Of a stretch of 64,000 nucleotides of DNA, positions 51,000-60,936 are shown in pieces. The DNA is from Desulfatiglandales bacterium (GTDB lineage Bacteria > Desulfobacterota > DSM-4660 > Desulfatiglandales > HGW-15). The position numbers were made by a program, and so were the translations under genes. Location of the stretch: the NCBI GenBank assembly GCA_963667015.2, contig CAXXJJ010000004.1:1664001-1728000 (forward strand). Reading direction: 5' to 3'. How positions within the stretch are numbered: the first letter of the stretch is position 1; each line of letters opens with the position of its first letter. The notes beneath the pieces were generated by a model. It worked only from the letters and a program-made list of their open reading frames with translations, was not told where the DNA came from and did not search any database.

Positions 51000-53312
51000 A
51001 TGGCTGTCAGCAAAGAAGAGTCATTGGAATATCACAGGAAAAATAGACCTGGTAAAATAGAAATCAAAGCAACAAAATCATTATTCACATCAAGAGACTT
51101 GAGCCTGGCTTATAGTCCCGGCGTTTCATTTCCCTGCCTTGAAATAGAGGAAAATCCCCAGAAGGTTTATGAATATACGGCAAAGGGCAATCTGGTAGCG
51201 GTAATAACAAACGGTTCAGCAGTCCTTGGTCTCGGAAATATAGGGGCACTTGCAGGAAAACCTGTAATGGAAGGGAAAGGTGTTCTTTTTAAGAAATTTG
51301 CAGATATCGATGTTTTCGATATTGAATTAACTACCGACACGCCTGACCAGTTTATTCAGGCGGTTAAAGCCATGGAACCCACCTTTGGAGGAATCAACCT
51401 GGAGGATATTTCGGCTCCTGATTGTTTTTATATTGAAGAGCAGTTAAAAAAACAATTAAAAATTCCTGTTTTTCACGATGATCAGCACGGTACGGCAATA
51501 ATAAGTACAGCGGCGATACTCAATGCAGTGGAGCTTACAGGAAAAAAATTTGATGAAATAAAGGTTGTATACAACGGTGCTGGAGCCGCGGGGATTGCCT
51601 GCTGCAAACTCCATTTTGCAATAGGTTTGAAAAAAGAAAATGTAATTTTATGTGACAGTAAAGGGGTCATTTACAAAGGAAGAAAAGAAGGGATGAATCC
51701 CTACAAGGAAGAACTGGCGGCTGAAACAGACTGCCGTACACTTGAAGAAGCGCTGGTTGGCGCCGATGTTTTTGTAGGAATCTCGGTTAAGGATGCATTA
51801 AAACCTGAGATGCTCTTAAAAATGGCCGATAATCCGGTTATTTTTGCACTGGCCAATCCTGACCCCGAAATAGATTATGACCTTGCCAAAGAAACACGAC
51901 CTGATGCAATAATCGCAACCGGACGCTCCGATTACCCTAATCAGGTAAACAATGTATTAGGATTCCCCTTTATATTCAGGGGCGCCCTTGACTGCCAGGC
52001 CACTGAAATAAATGATGAGATGAAACTGGCTGCAGCACATGCTCTTGCTGAACTGGCAAAGCAGGATGTCCCGGATTCTGTATTAAAGGCCTATGGAGTT
52101 GAATCACTTTGCTATGGTAAAGATTATCTTATACCTAAACCATTTGATACGAGGGCTATGCTGTGGGTAACTCCTGCTGTTGCGGAAGCAGCAACAAAAA
52201 CCGGCGTAGCAGGGAAACCCATTAAAGATATCGAGGCCTACAGGTATCAGCTGGAAGAATTGATGGGAATGTCCCGCCAGGTAATGCGTATAGTTATAAA
52301 TAAGGCAAAAAAGGACCTCCAGAAAATTGTTTTTCCTGAAGGTGATCATCCGCTTATTCTTATGGCGGCTCAGGCTGTCAGGGATGAAAATATCGGTATC
52401 CCGGTCCTTCTGGGGAATGAAGATGATATCCATAAAATTATCAATGAAAAGAAAATTCATATAGACCTTAAAGAAATAGAAATAATTGATCCTGGTCGTC
52501 ATCCCAAACTCGAAGTTTATTCAGAAAATCTTTTACATAAACGCGAAAGAAAGGGATTTACAAGGACAGAAACCCTCAAGCTGATGATGGCAAACAGGAA
52601 TTATTTTGCAGCCTCCATGTTAAACGCTGGAGATGCAGATGCCATGCTTTCAGGAATAACAACCCATTATTCAAATGTTATCCTGCCGGCACTTCAGCTC
52701 ATAGATAAAGAGCCTGGCATAAACAGGATATGCTCTTTGCATATGATAATGATAAACAAGAAACTTTATTTCTTTTCAGATACCATTGTAAACATTTTGC
52801 CGGACACCCAGAACCTTGTGGAAATAACCCTTCAGACCGCTAATTTTGTGAGGGAGCTGAATATTGAGCCTAATATAGCACTGCTGTCATATTCCAATTT
52901 CGGATCCACCAGAAACAAGCAAACCAAAGAAATTGCCCAGGCAGTCAGAATGATAAAGGAAATCGAACCGGAGCTCAATATTGACGGTGAAATGATGATT
53001 GATTTTGCAATTAATCCTGATCTCAGGAAAGAACATTATCCCTTCTCCTCCCTTAAAGGAACAGCCAATGTGTTTATTTTCCCTGAGTTGAACAGCGCAA
53101 ATATAGCAAGCCGTATCATGAACAGGCTGGGGCTGGCGGAAAAAGTAGGCCCCATACTTCTTGGTTTCAACAAAGCTGTACATGCTATACATAGAGGCAG
53201 CGAGTTGCAGGATATAATCAACATGGCCGCAATAGCAGCAATGGACGCAAGGGAAAAAGCCAAGGTAAAAAAAGGAAGCGGCAGCAGCAATGTCTGCCAG
53301 AGTCCCTTCTGA
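51000..53312 (+). CDS. maeB: NADP-dependent malic enzyme with phosphotransacetylase-like domain
   Basis: [50 protein letters not shown]-terminal [15 protein letters not shown]. Confidence 0.95.
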   Translation: MAVSKEESLEYHRKNRPGKIEIKATKSLFTSRDLSLAYSPGVSFPCLEIEENPQKVYEYTAKGNLVAVITNGSAVLGLGNIGALAGKPVMEGKGVLFKKFADIDVFDIELTTDTPDQFIQAVKAMEPTFGGINLEDISAPDCFYIEEQLKKQLKIPVFHDDQHGTAIISTAAILNAVELTGKKFDEIKVVYNGAGAAGIACCKLHFAIGLKKENVILCDSKGVIYKGRKEGMNPYKEELAAETDCRTLEEALVGADVFVGISVKDALKPEMLLKMADNPVIFALANPDPEIDYDLAKETRPDAIIATGRSDYPNQVNNVLGFPFIFRGALDCQATEINDEMKLAAAHALAELAKQDVPDSVLKAYGVESLCYGKDYLIPKPFDTRAMLWVTPAVAEAATKTGVAGKPIKDIEAYRYQLEELMGMSRQVMRIVINKAKKDLQKIVFPEGDHPLILMAAQAVRDENIGIPVLLGNEDDIHKIINEKKIHIDLKEIEIIDPGRHPKLEVYSENLLHKRERKGFTRTETLKLMMANRNYFAASMLNAGDADAMLSGITTHYSNVILPALQLIDKEPGINRICSLHMIMINKKLYFFSDTIVNILPDTQNLVEITLQTANFVRELNIEPNIALLSYSNFGSTRNKQTKEIAQAVRMIKEIEPELNIDGEMMIDFAINPDLRKEHYPFSSLKGTANVFIFPELNSANIASRIMNRLGLAEKVGPILLGFNKAVHAIHRGSELQDIINMAAIAAMDAREKAKVKKGSGSSNVCQSPF

Positions 53313-53451
53313 TAATAAAGCGAAATAAAAAACAGATATTTGATTTGACTAAACCAGTAAAATCATATATTTAATATTGTTTCGAATTTTATAAGGAATT
53401 ATTATCCGTTTATATAATTATCCGGTCACTAAAAGGAGGAGATAGTTTTCA

Positions 53452-53559
53452 ATGGCAAGCCATAAAAAAAGTGAAAGAAAACGCGAAATAGAAAGAAGAC
53501 GGCACAGAAGGAAAAAAAGGCTGAAACTGAGGGCAAAAGAGGAAGCCGCTAAAAAATAG
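53452..53559 (+). CDS. 35-aa highly basic protein (DUF6800-like)
   Basis: AAGGAGGAG RBS; MASHKKSERKREIERRRHRRKKRLKLRAKEEAAKK; followed by a hairpin. Below the ORF-track size cutoff. Confidence 0.7.
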   Translation: MASHKKSERKREIERRRHRRKKRLKLRAKEEAAKK

Positions 53560-53674
53560 CATATAATTGACAGGGTTTTAATTAAGGCCAGAAGGCTGAT
53601 TTAATACCCTTTTTAATAAATAGTAATTTTAATTGTATCCATGGGCACACGAAGTTATTAAAAGGAAAGATATC

Positions 53675-53815
53675 ATGACTACCAATGCGAAAAAAACCAA
53701 GGCCAAGAGAAGCCATCACGATCACCCCAATAAGACAAATTTAAAAACAAGCATGAAACGCGAACAGGCCAGCCGCGAGGCCCTGAAAAAATTTGCTGAA
53801 AAAGATAAGAACTAA
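53675..53815 (+). CDS. 46-aa basic hypothetical protein
   Basis: AAAGGA RBS; MTTNAKKTKAKRSHHDHPNKTNLKTSMKREQASREALKKFAEKDKN. Confidence 0.55.
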   Translation: MTTNAKKTKAKRSHHDHPNKTNLKTSMKREQASREALKKFAEKDKN

Positions 53816-53886
53816 TTTTTCATAAGTTTGAAAAAATCACTTACCCGTCAGGGTGAATTGTGTCTTACAAATTAAATGTTTACTGT

Positions 53887-53925
53887 TAAACCACCTCATT
53901 TTTTCCGGGGTGGTTTATTTGTTTT
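53887..53925 (+). terminator. Rho-independent terminator
   Basis: TAAACCACCTC/GGGGTGGTTTA stem followed by TTTGTTTT. Confidence 0.65.
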
Positions 53926-54060
53926 CATGGCAGGCTTTCTTTTCTAAAATTCTTAAATTCAGACATCAGATATCAGATACCACTTACGTAATCCAAGGTG
54001 GAATTTATATTGACCTTCTGATATATTGCAAAATATCAAATAACTCAGATTTGTCATAAA

Positions 54061-55260
54061 ATGCCTAAAAAAATTAAACAATTAAACAGCTACATAGCAA
54101 GAATCCTTATCCCTGACTTTGAAAGGACGGATAACCAGAAGGTCCGCATACGGCATGGTATGGTCGCCGGGTGGTCATCCATAATGATTAACATCCTTCT
54201 GTTCATTATTAAACTGGCCATGGGTTTAAAATCCGGTTCAATATCAATCCTGGCAGATGCATTTCATCTCTTATCCCATCTTGCCAACTCGGTTATTCTT
54301 GTATTTACATTCTGGTTTACAGGCAAACCCGCCACAGCAAGTACTCCTTTTGGACATGGAAGAATGGAACATGTTGGCCCCCTTATCATGTCTATTTTTC
54401 TATTCGTATCCGGCATACAGATTGCCGAAAGATCATTCCATCAGGCAATTCATCCTCAGGAGATTCACTACTGGCCAGCCCTCCCCTGGATTCTGCTTGC
54501 TACGATTATTGCCAAAATATGGATGAAACAGTTCATCCATTTTCTAGGAGACCGGGTTGACTCAGGCGCAATTATAGTCAATGCAAAACACCAGTGGATA
54601 GAGGCAGTGAGTACCATGACCGTCATTATCGGCCTCATCCTTGGCCACCACTACAAAATAATGGAGGCAGACGGATATATCGGCATTGCAGTTTCTTTAT
54701 GGCTCCTTTATCTTGGATATGCTCATGGGCGACATGCGATTATACCGCTCCTGGGAAAAGCTCCGGATAAAAATATTATTCAGCGCATCCGGGAAACAGC
54801 AAAATCAGTGGAGGGTGTTTTTGATGTCCATGAGATAATTATTCATGACTATGGCTCATTATACCTGATCTCATTACATTGTGAAATTCCCGAGGAATTT
54901 GGTTCTGTCAAGATTCATGAAATTACTGAAAAATGTGAAGAAAAACTGAGAAGGCAGTTTGGCGGTGAAGTCGTCTGTCACAGTGATCCGCTCCAGGAAA
55001 GGACCGAAGAGGTAATAGCGATAGAAAGGCAATTTTCGCTCGCAGTGGCCGAAGATCCCAGGATAAAAGCCTTTCACGATTTCAGGGTCATTTCGGAAAC
55101 AGAAAATACAATTTTGATCGTAGCAGATATCGACGCTGAATACCATGTTCCGGAATCAGAATTTGATGATATTGCAAAATCACTTGAAACGAGGGCATTA
55201 AATATGGTTCCAAACCTTAGCTATTGTTCTTTTTATATAACCCCAAAATTCGCCTACTAA
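54061..55260 (+). CDS. Cation diffusion facilitator (CDF) transporter
   Basis: SGSISILADAFH, PFGHGRMEH, ADGY, cytoplasmic HEIIIHDYG...H, HSDP, plus a second C-terminal domain (FHDFRV). Confidence 0.9.
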   Translation: MPKKIKQLNSYIARILIPDFERTDNQKVRIRHGMVAGWSSIMINILLFIIKLAMGLKSGSISILADAFHLLSHLANSVILVFTFWFTGKPATASTPFGHGRMEHVGPLIMSIFLFVSGIQIAERSFHQAIHPQEIHYWPALPWILLATIIAKIWMKQFIHFLGDRVDSGAIIVNAKHQWIEAVSTMTVIIGLILGHHYKIMEADGYIGIAVSLWLLYLGYAHGRHAIIPLLGKAPDKNIIQRIRETAKSVEGVFDVHEIIIHDYGSLYLISLHCEIPEEFGSVKIHEITEKCEEKLRRQFGGEVVCHSDPLQERTEEVIAIERQFSLAVAEDPRIKAFHDFRVISETENTILIVADIDAEYHVPESEFDDIAKSLETRALNMVPNLSYCSFYITPKFAY

Positions 55261-55265
55261 CTAAA

Positions 55266-56909
55266 ATGGTCAAAAAAAATAAAAAACAGATAACCACTCT
55301 ATTAGCCTTGACTTCCGCTATCATATCACTTTTTTGTGCAGGATGTGGCGATAAGTATTGTGTAAAGGGAGATTGTGAAGACGGTTTCGGGCGGTATGAA
55401 ATACCGGACGGCTTAAAATATGAAGGTAACTGGAAGGAAGGAAAGTATAATGGAACAGGAAAAATAACCTTTCCAGGAGGCGATGTCTACAACGGGGAAT
55501 TCAGTAATGGCATCCAGAACGGCCAGGGGACCATGGTATATAATGATGGAACCGAATACAGAGGCCTTTGGAAGGAAGGCCTGAGACATGGCCATGGAGA
55601 ATACCTGTTTACTGACGGTACCAGATATACAGGCAAATGGGATAAGGATCTGATCTCCGGTAAGGGGCTCATGGAATATAAGGACGGCAGTATTTACCTT
55701 GGAGAATTTATCAATGGAAAAAGAAACGGGGCAGGCAAATTGATTCTCTCGGGAGGTGATATATATACAGGGCAATTTGCAAATAACGAAATAAACGGTG
55801 AAGGATACTACCTGCTTAAGGACGGGACAGAATATAAAGGGATTTTTGAAAATGGCGTCCTTAACGGAGAATGTGAAATTTCATATCCCGATGGCAGCGC
55901 TTATCAGGGACAATGCAAAGAAAGTAAAAAATCAGGTCAGGGATCACTTTTGTATGCAGATGGCAGAAAATATAAGGGGCAATTCGAAAACGGGATGTTT
56001 CAGGGAGAGGGTGAATATGACCTCAAGGATGGATCTAAGTATATAGGCACATTTCAGGATAACAGGATAACAGGAAAAGGTACAATGCTGTATGCAGATG
56101 GAACCATGTACACGGGAACCTTTGAAGGTGGCAGAAGAAATGGAAAGGGAATATTGCTTCTGCCTGACGGTGAGAAATATGAAGGGACTTTTAACAACGA
56201 TCAGAAGCAGGGGATTGGAAATATAATCTACGCCAATGGACTAAAGTATCAAGGAGAATGGAAAAATAATCTGAAAAACGGTTTCGGCTCTCTCATATGG
56301 CCTGATGGAAGGAAATACAGGGGTGATTTCAAGGATGACCTTTTTAACGGTTCAGGGAGATATATATTGTCTGACGGATCTTCCTACAGGGGTGAATTTA
56401 AGGAAGGCAAAATCTCAGGCGAAGGCACCATGATCTACAAGGATGGCAAAGAATATTCAGGAACCTGGAAAAATGAAAAATGGCATGGCGAGGGTGAACT
56501 GATATGGCCTGACGGCAGAATATATAAGGGGCAGTTTGACAATGGCCAGATAACAGGAAAGGGTCATCTTTCCTACCCTGACGGAAGATATTATGAAGGC
56601 TCGCTCAAGGACGGCATAATACACGGAAAAGGTTCTTTTATCTGGCCTGACGGTCGCAGGTACAAAGGTGAATGGGAAAACGGCAAATATACCAATTACG
56701 GGACCTATACCTTCCCTGACGGAAGAGAGTATGTCGGGCAGTGGAAAGAAGGCAAGTATGATGGTTCATACGGTGAATTGACTTTTCCGGACGGCAGCCG
56801 ATACGAAGGTGGTTGGAAAGAAAACAAGATGGACGGAAAAGGGACCTACATTTCACCGGATGGTGAAAGAACTGAAGGTGAGTGGAAAGATGGTGTAAAA
56901 GTTAAATAA
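55266..56909 (+). CDS. MORN-repeat lipoprotein
   Basis: Lipobox CAGC, cap CVKGDCEDGFG, 21 counted ~23-aa Y.G.[WF]..G...G.G repeats; start moved to ATG 55266. Confidence 0.88.
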   Translation: MVKKNKKQITTLLALTSAIISLFCAGCGDKYCVKGDCEDGFGRYEIPDGLKYEGNWKEGKYNGTGKITFPGGDVYNGEFSNGIQNGQGTMVYNDGTEYRGLWKEGLRHGHGEYLFTDGTRYTGKWDKDLISGKGLMEYKDGSIYLGEFINGKRNGAGKLILSGGDIYTGQFANNEINGEGYYLLKDGTEYKGIFENGVLNGECEISYPDGSAYQGQCKESKKSGQGSLLYADGRKYKGQFENGMFQGEGEYDLKDGSKYIGTFQDNRITGKGTMLYADGTMYTGTFEGGRRNGKGILLLPDGEKYEGTFNNDQKQGIGNIIYANGLKYQGEWKNNLKNGFGSLIWPDGRKYRGDFKDDLFNGSGRYILSDGSSYRGEFKEGKISGEGTMIYKDGKEYSGTWKNEKWHGEGELIWPDGRIYKGQFDNGQITGKGHLSYPDGRYYEGSLKDGIIHGKGSFIWPDGRRYKGEWENGKYTNYGTYTFPDGREYVGQWKEGKYDGSYGELTFPDGSRYEGGWKENKMDGKGTYISPDGERTEGEWKDGVKVK

Positions 56910-56929
56910 TCACCTTTTCTCTCAAACCT

Positions 56930-57343
56930 CTAGCCAACGGTTTTGATAAATCTGGGCTGGACCTGTCCTTTTTTCTGACCATAACCCTTTACCGCGGTCC
57001 TGCCTTTTTTAAGCCCTTTTATTTCATCAAGGACTTCTTTTTTCTTCTCGTTTACGAGCTTTTCAATCCTTTTATCAATATCCATTATTGATTCAATAAC
57101 TTCGGAAATTTCCCTGTTTATCGATTTGGCCATTTCCCTTTCCTTTCTGTCGGCCTGTTCAAGTGCGAATCTATATTTTTTATCATCAGCATCTATCTCA
57201 TTTCTCAGGTGTTCTCTTTTTGCCATCAGTTGGAGATAATCCTGCATGAGGCCGTCATCAACCAGTTTTTCCTGCTGATCAGCAAGGCTTTTTATCTTTT
57301 CAAAATTATTTTTTTTAATCTCGAGCAATTCAATTATATTCAT
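56930..57343 (-). CDS. Flagellar export chaperone-like helical protein (FlgN/FliT-like)
   Basis: Coiled-coil pattern QQEKL...KREHL, C-terminal GRTAVKGY, GGAG RBS, sigma54 promoter, flagellar context. Confidence 0.6.
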   Translation of the reverse strand: MNIIELLEIKKNNFEKIKSLADQQEKLVDDGLMQDYLQLMAKREHLRNEIDADDKKYRFALEQADRKEREMAKSINREISEVIESIMDIDKRIEKLVNEKKKEVLDEIKGLKKGRTAVKGYGQKKGQVQPRFIKTVG

Positions 57344-57369
57344 ATTATAAACTCCTTTGTATTCTAATA

Positions 57370-57385
57370 AGCAATTCTAATGCCA
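57370..57385 (-). promoter_or_regulatory. Sigma54 promoter
   Basis: Minus strand TGGCATTAGAATTGCT (GG-N10-GC). Confidence 0.8.
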
Positions 57386-57428
57386 TTCTGTAATTTCTTG
57401 CCAGAAAATTACTGAATGGCATTAGAAT
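57374..57428. repeat. 55-bp imperfect inverted repeat
   Basis: ATTCTAATGCCATTCTGTAATTT...AAATTACTGAATGGCATTAGAAT: 15 bp perfect, one mismatch, then 7 more bp. Confidence 0.85.
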
Positions 57429-57438
57429 AGAATCAGCA

Positions 57439-57585
57439 TTCAAAAAATTGACATTTTTTTATCTTTTTTACCTTAAAAATTCAAAAAAAGACTTTATTTC
57501 GTCAAGATATTGACGATTTATTACATTTCACTTCTGACACTTCACATTAAACCACTTATAAATTTCTTTAATATTCAACAAGTTA
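57439..57585. promoter_or_regulatory. Activator boxes and IHF-like site between divergent sigma54 promoters
   Basis: TTCAAAAAATTGAC (57439-52), TCGTCAAGATATTGACGA (57499-516), IHF-like ATTCAACAAGTTA (57573-85). Confidence 0.6.
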
Positions 57586-57633
57586 CATACACAAAGCATA
57601 TCATTTAACCGGAAACAGGTAAAAAACAGGGAC

Positions 57634-57649
57634 TGGCATAAGATGTGCT
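57634..57649 (+). promoter_or_regulatory. Sigma54 promoter
   Basis: TGGCATAAGATGTGCT (GG-N10-GC). Confidence 0.7.
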
Positions 57650-57691
57650 ATTCAGGTGTATATGAAATATATTTCATCAGGGGCAGATAAA

Positions 57692-58003
57692 ATGGATAAA
57701 CTATTTACAAAGGTTTTATGTGTATCCGTGCTGGTATTACTCCTTGGATGTGGAATAACCGTTTATTGTCTTGCACAGGATTCGGGGTCTAAGGATTTAC
57801 CTGAGGGAGTTTATTTGAAATTGAACAGGGAATTCTATGAATCTTTGAGCGGTAATAAAAATACATACAGCAATGACAGGTCAACAGAATACCTGAGAGA
57901 AATATCAATATCATCAAGGTTTAATGTCGAAACCAATCTTCAGATAATTAAGCAGCAGGAAGAGATCATCCGTCTCCTTAAGGTAATAGCTGATAAGAAA
58001 TGA
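57692..58003 (+). CDS. Hypothetical exported or membrane-anchored protein
   Basis: N-terminal hydrophobic segment; C-terminal coiled coil LQIIKQQEEIIRLL; ATGA overlap with the next gene. Start chosen downstream of the sigma54 promoter. Confidence 0.65.
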   Translation: MDKLFTKVLCVSVLVLLLGCGITVYCLAQDSGSKDLPEGVYLKLNREFYESLSGNKNTYSNDRSTEYLREISISSRFNVETNLQIIKQQEEIIRLLKVIADKK

Positions 58004-60930
58004 TAATGAATCGATTACTAAAAATCCTGGCAACCGGAATATTTTTATCAGTATTCCTTACCGCAGGCGGCCTCTCCGCAAGCCCGGACGGAGCAAACAG
58101 GCTGTTTGATGTGAATACCATTATATCTGAACAGGATATCACCTATTCCTTTGAACTGTCGAAAAAACCTTTTTTTTCACTGGAGTCTTCAACAGATCAA
58201 AGGCTTGTCCTTTCATTTACACAAATTGAAAACCCGGATGAACTTAATACAAAGATAGAAAAATTACCATTTATTCATATCAATACTACCGGGGAATCAA
58301 AAAATACCAGTTTTATTCTGGCGCCTGACAATATATATGGCAAGATTGAATGTTGCTGGCTTAATAAGCGGTCAGTATTTACCATTAACATCAAGTTCAA
58401 CCCTGATGAAGAAAAAAAAGGAAAAGCCGACACACGGCCTGACATCAAGGATATACGTTTTGGATTTAAGGAAAATGGAACAAGAATGGTTATCGGTGCG
58501 GATAATAAGCCTGGATGGTCCATAAAATACTCCGATGACAATAACGTATTACTTTTACTTGACGCCACTTCGGATAATATCAATACAAAAACATATTATT
58601 CCGATAAATGGCTGCGCCAGGTCGAAATAAAAGCACAGTATGACAAGACCTCTGAACTGTCCATGAGTCTCCAGTCCGATCCGGATCAGATAAGTATCTT
58701 CTGGATGCCTGTCGGCAACAGGCTTGTCTTAGATCTTTTTCAGGACCCGGATAATCAGATGACTGCCCTGCTTTCAGGTGAAAAAGAAGTTGAAAGCCGC
58801 AACCGCATTTCAAAAGACACTGCAGAGGAAAGAACTGAGAATGAATATAAAAACATTGCACGTATGAAGATTGAAAAAGAGGTGGAACCGGGTGATTCAT
58901 CTTTAGAAAAAGAAGAGACGAAAAAAAAGCCGGCTGTAACAGTTCCGGAAATAGCCATGGATATAAAACCTGCCCTGAAAAGCAGGCTGCCTGAAAGTGA
59001 CGGTATTGAGGTTGATGTTGAAAATCTAAGTCCTGAAGAGGCCTTTCTGTATGGCAGGATAAGACAGGCAAAGGAAATAAATGACTATGATATGGGAATA
59101 ACCCTTTCCAGTCAGTTTTTAAATGAATTCAAGGAGTCGCGCTTATGTGAGGTGGTCTCCTTCTGGAGGGCAGATTTTTATTACGATCAATGGGAAAAAG
59201 GCGCCAGAGAGCTTGGGGAAAAGGTAATACTGGCCTACAAGTATGCAATAGAAAGGTTTGAAAATTCCCGCAACATCCAGCTTTCATATATAAAGATGGC
59301 AAAAGTCGCCTCAGGAATGGATGACGGCTACGGGGCGCTTGGTTATCTCGGCAATGTTATAATTAAAAAAGATCCGGATTTTATGCCACTTGCCTATCTC
59401 ACAAGAGGCAAGGTTTTTTTGCAGATCAACCAGCCTGAAAAGGCCATACTGGATTTTAAAATCCTTCTTAAGGATTACGAGAATTCGCAATATGGTATGG
59501 AAGCGAACCTCTGGCTTGGGAATTATTATCACCAGATCGGACTATACGAAGAAGCGGAAAAAAGCTTTAATGAAATAGCTCAAAAATATCCCGGTTTGTA
59601 TCTCGAATACCCTGACTTTATCCTCCTGAATGCAATGAATTATATCTATTTAAAGAAATATGACGAGGCACGGGATTACCTGTTCAGGGCAGTCAATTTA
59701 GGGGGACAGAAGGAACCCCTGGATATGCTTTTATCCCGTATTGGCGACACATATCATAACCAGGATAACGATAAGGAGGCTGAAAAATATTACCGGATGG
59801 TTATCGATTACTACCCTGCAAGCGAAGGGGCATCCATCTCAAAACTCAGGCTGGCAGAATTTTTTTCCGATATAACCATACTTGATGACATCTCCAGTGA
59901 CAGCACAACAGGTGAAGCTATCGGTGAACTGGCAATGCTGGAAAAGGCATATCAGTTATATGAAGGAAGACAATATGTCGAGGCCATCAAAACATTAAAG
60001 GATATTGTAGAGAAACCAGTCCAGACAGAAACACGCAAGGATGCCAAACGTCTCTATATCCTTTCCATTGAAAAAGAGATTGAAAGACTCAAGGATTCAA
60101 ATCTGTATAAAGATCTGGTTTACCTCTTTGAGGAGAACAGGAATTCAATTAATAAAATAATTGATCCCAAAGTGCTTTTATCCGTAGCAGAGGCTTACAA
60201 TAAGCTCGGCCGTCAGAGGGAGGCAGTTTCGGTTTACAGGCAGATCAAATCATATGACCTGAATCAGGAAAAGCGTGGAGATTACATATATGGACTGGCT
60301 GAGGATTATATCTTTCTGGGTGACAGAAACAAGGCTGTAACACTTCTGGAAAAGGGAAGAAATGAAAAGATATCGCATCAGGACCTGCAAAAAATCAATC
60401 TGCTCCTGGCTGACATGTATAAACTTAATGGCCGGAATAATGATGCAGAAAAACTCTACAACCAGGTAATAGAAAACATGAATGATCTTCCTGCAGAGGA
60501 TGCGGCCCGTGCATATCTGAATCTGGGGCTGACCTTCAAGGCGCGCAAACAATACAGTGATGCAAGAAATGCTCTCAACCACAGTATTACTATCGGCATT
60601 GAGAAAAAAATAAGCAGCAGTGTACTTCGATCGGCCTACACGGAGCTTGGAAACGTACTCTATTCTGAAGGGAAACATAAGCAGGCTGCAAAGGCCTTTG
60701 AAAAGGGATTTGAAATGGGAATCGATACCGAAGATCCAGAATACTGGGATACCAGATTCAGGCAGGCTATGGCCTACCTTAAAACAGGAGAGGACAGCAA
60801 GGCCGAGACATTGTTTAATGATATTTCGGAAGGCGATGCAAACGAGATCCTGCAGCAGAGAGCACAGTTAAAGCTGGGATCGCTTGTACTCGCGAGACAG
60901 CTGAAAATCTTATCAATGGGACAGAAGTAA
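58000..60930 (+). CDS. Large periplasmic TPR protein with N-terminal AMIN-like beta domains
   Basis: Signal peptide; IKDIRFG...TRMVI...RLVLDL AMIN-like pattern; many TPR helices (AYLTRGKVF, ANLWLGNYY, AYLNLGL). Confidence 0.8.
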   Translation: MIMNRLLKILATGIFLSVFLTAGGLSASPDGANRLFDVNTIISEQDITYSFELSKKPFFSLESSTDQRLVLSFTQIENPDELNTKIEKLPFIHINTTGESKNTSFILAPDNIYGKIECCWLNKRSVFTINIKFNPDEEKKGKADTRPDIKDIRFGFKENGTRMVIGADNKPGWSIKYSDDNNVLLLLDATSDNINTKTYYSDKWLRQVEIKAQYDKTSELSMSLQSDPDQISIFWMPVGNRLVLDLFQDPDNQMTALLSGEKEVESRNRISKDTAEERTENEYKNIARMKIEKEVEPGDSSLEKEETKKKPAVTVPEIAMDIKPALKSRLPESDGIEVDVENLSPEEAFLYGRIRQAKEINDYDMGITLSSQFLNEFKESRLCEVVSFWRADFYYDQWEKGARELGEKVILAYKYAIERFENSRNIQLSYIKMAKVASGMDDGYGALGYLGNVIIKKDPDFMPLAYLTRGKVFLQINQPEKAILDFKILLKDYENSQYGMEANLWLGNYYHQIGLYEEAEKSFNEIAQKYPGLYLEYPDFILLNAMNYIYLKKYDEARDYLFRAVNLGGQKEPLDMLLSRIGDTYHNQDNDKEAEKYYRMVIDYYPASEGASISKLRLAEFFSDITILDDISSDSTTGEAIGELAMLEKAYQLYEGRQYVEAIKTLKDIVEKPVQTETRKDAKRLYILSIEKEIERLKDSNLYKDLVYLFEENRNSINKIIDPKVLLSVAEAYNKLGRQREAVSVYRQIKSYDLNQEKRGDYIYGLAEDYIFLGDRNKAVTLLEKGRNEKISHQDLQKINLLLADMYKLNGRNNDAEKLYNQVIENMNDLPAEDAARAYLNLGLTFKARKQYSDARNALNHSITIGIEKKISSSVLRSAYTELGNVLYSEGKHKQAAKAFEKGFEMGIDTEDPEYWDTRFRQAMAYLKTGEDSKAETLFNDISEGDANEILQQRAQLKLGSLVLARQLKILSMGQK

Positions 60931-60936
60931 CAAATA

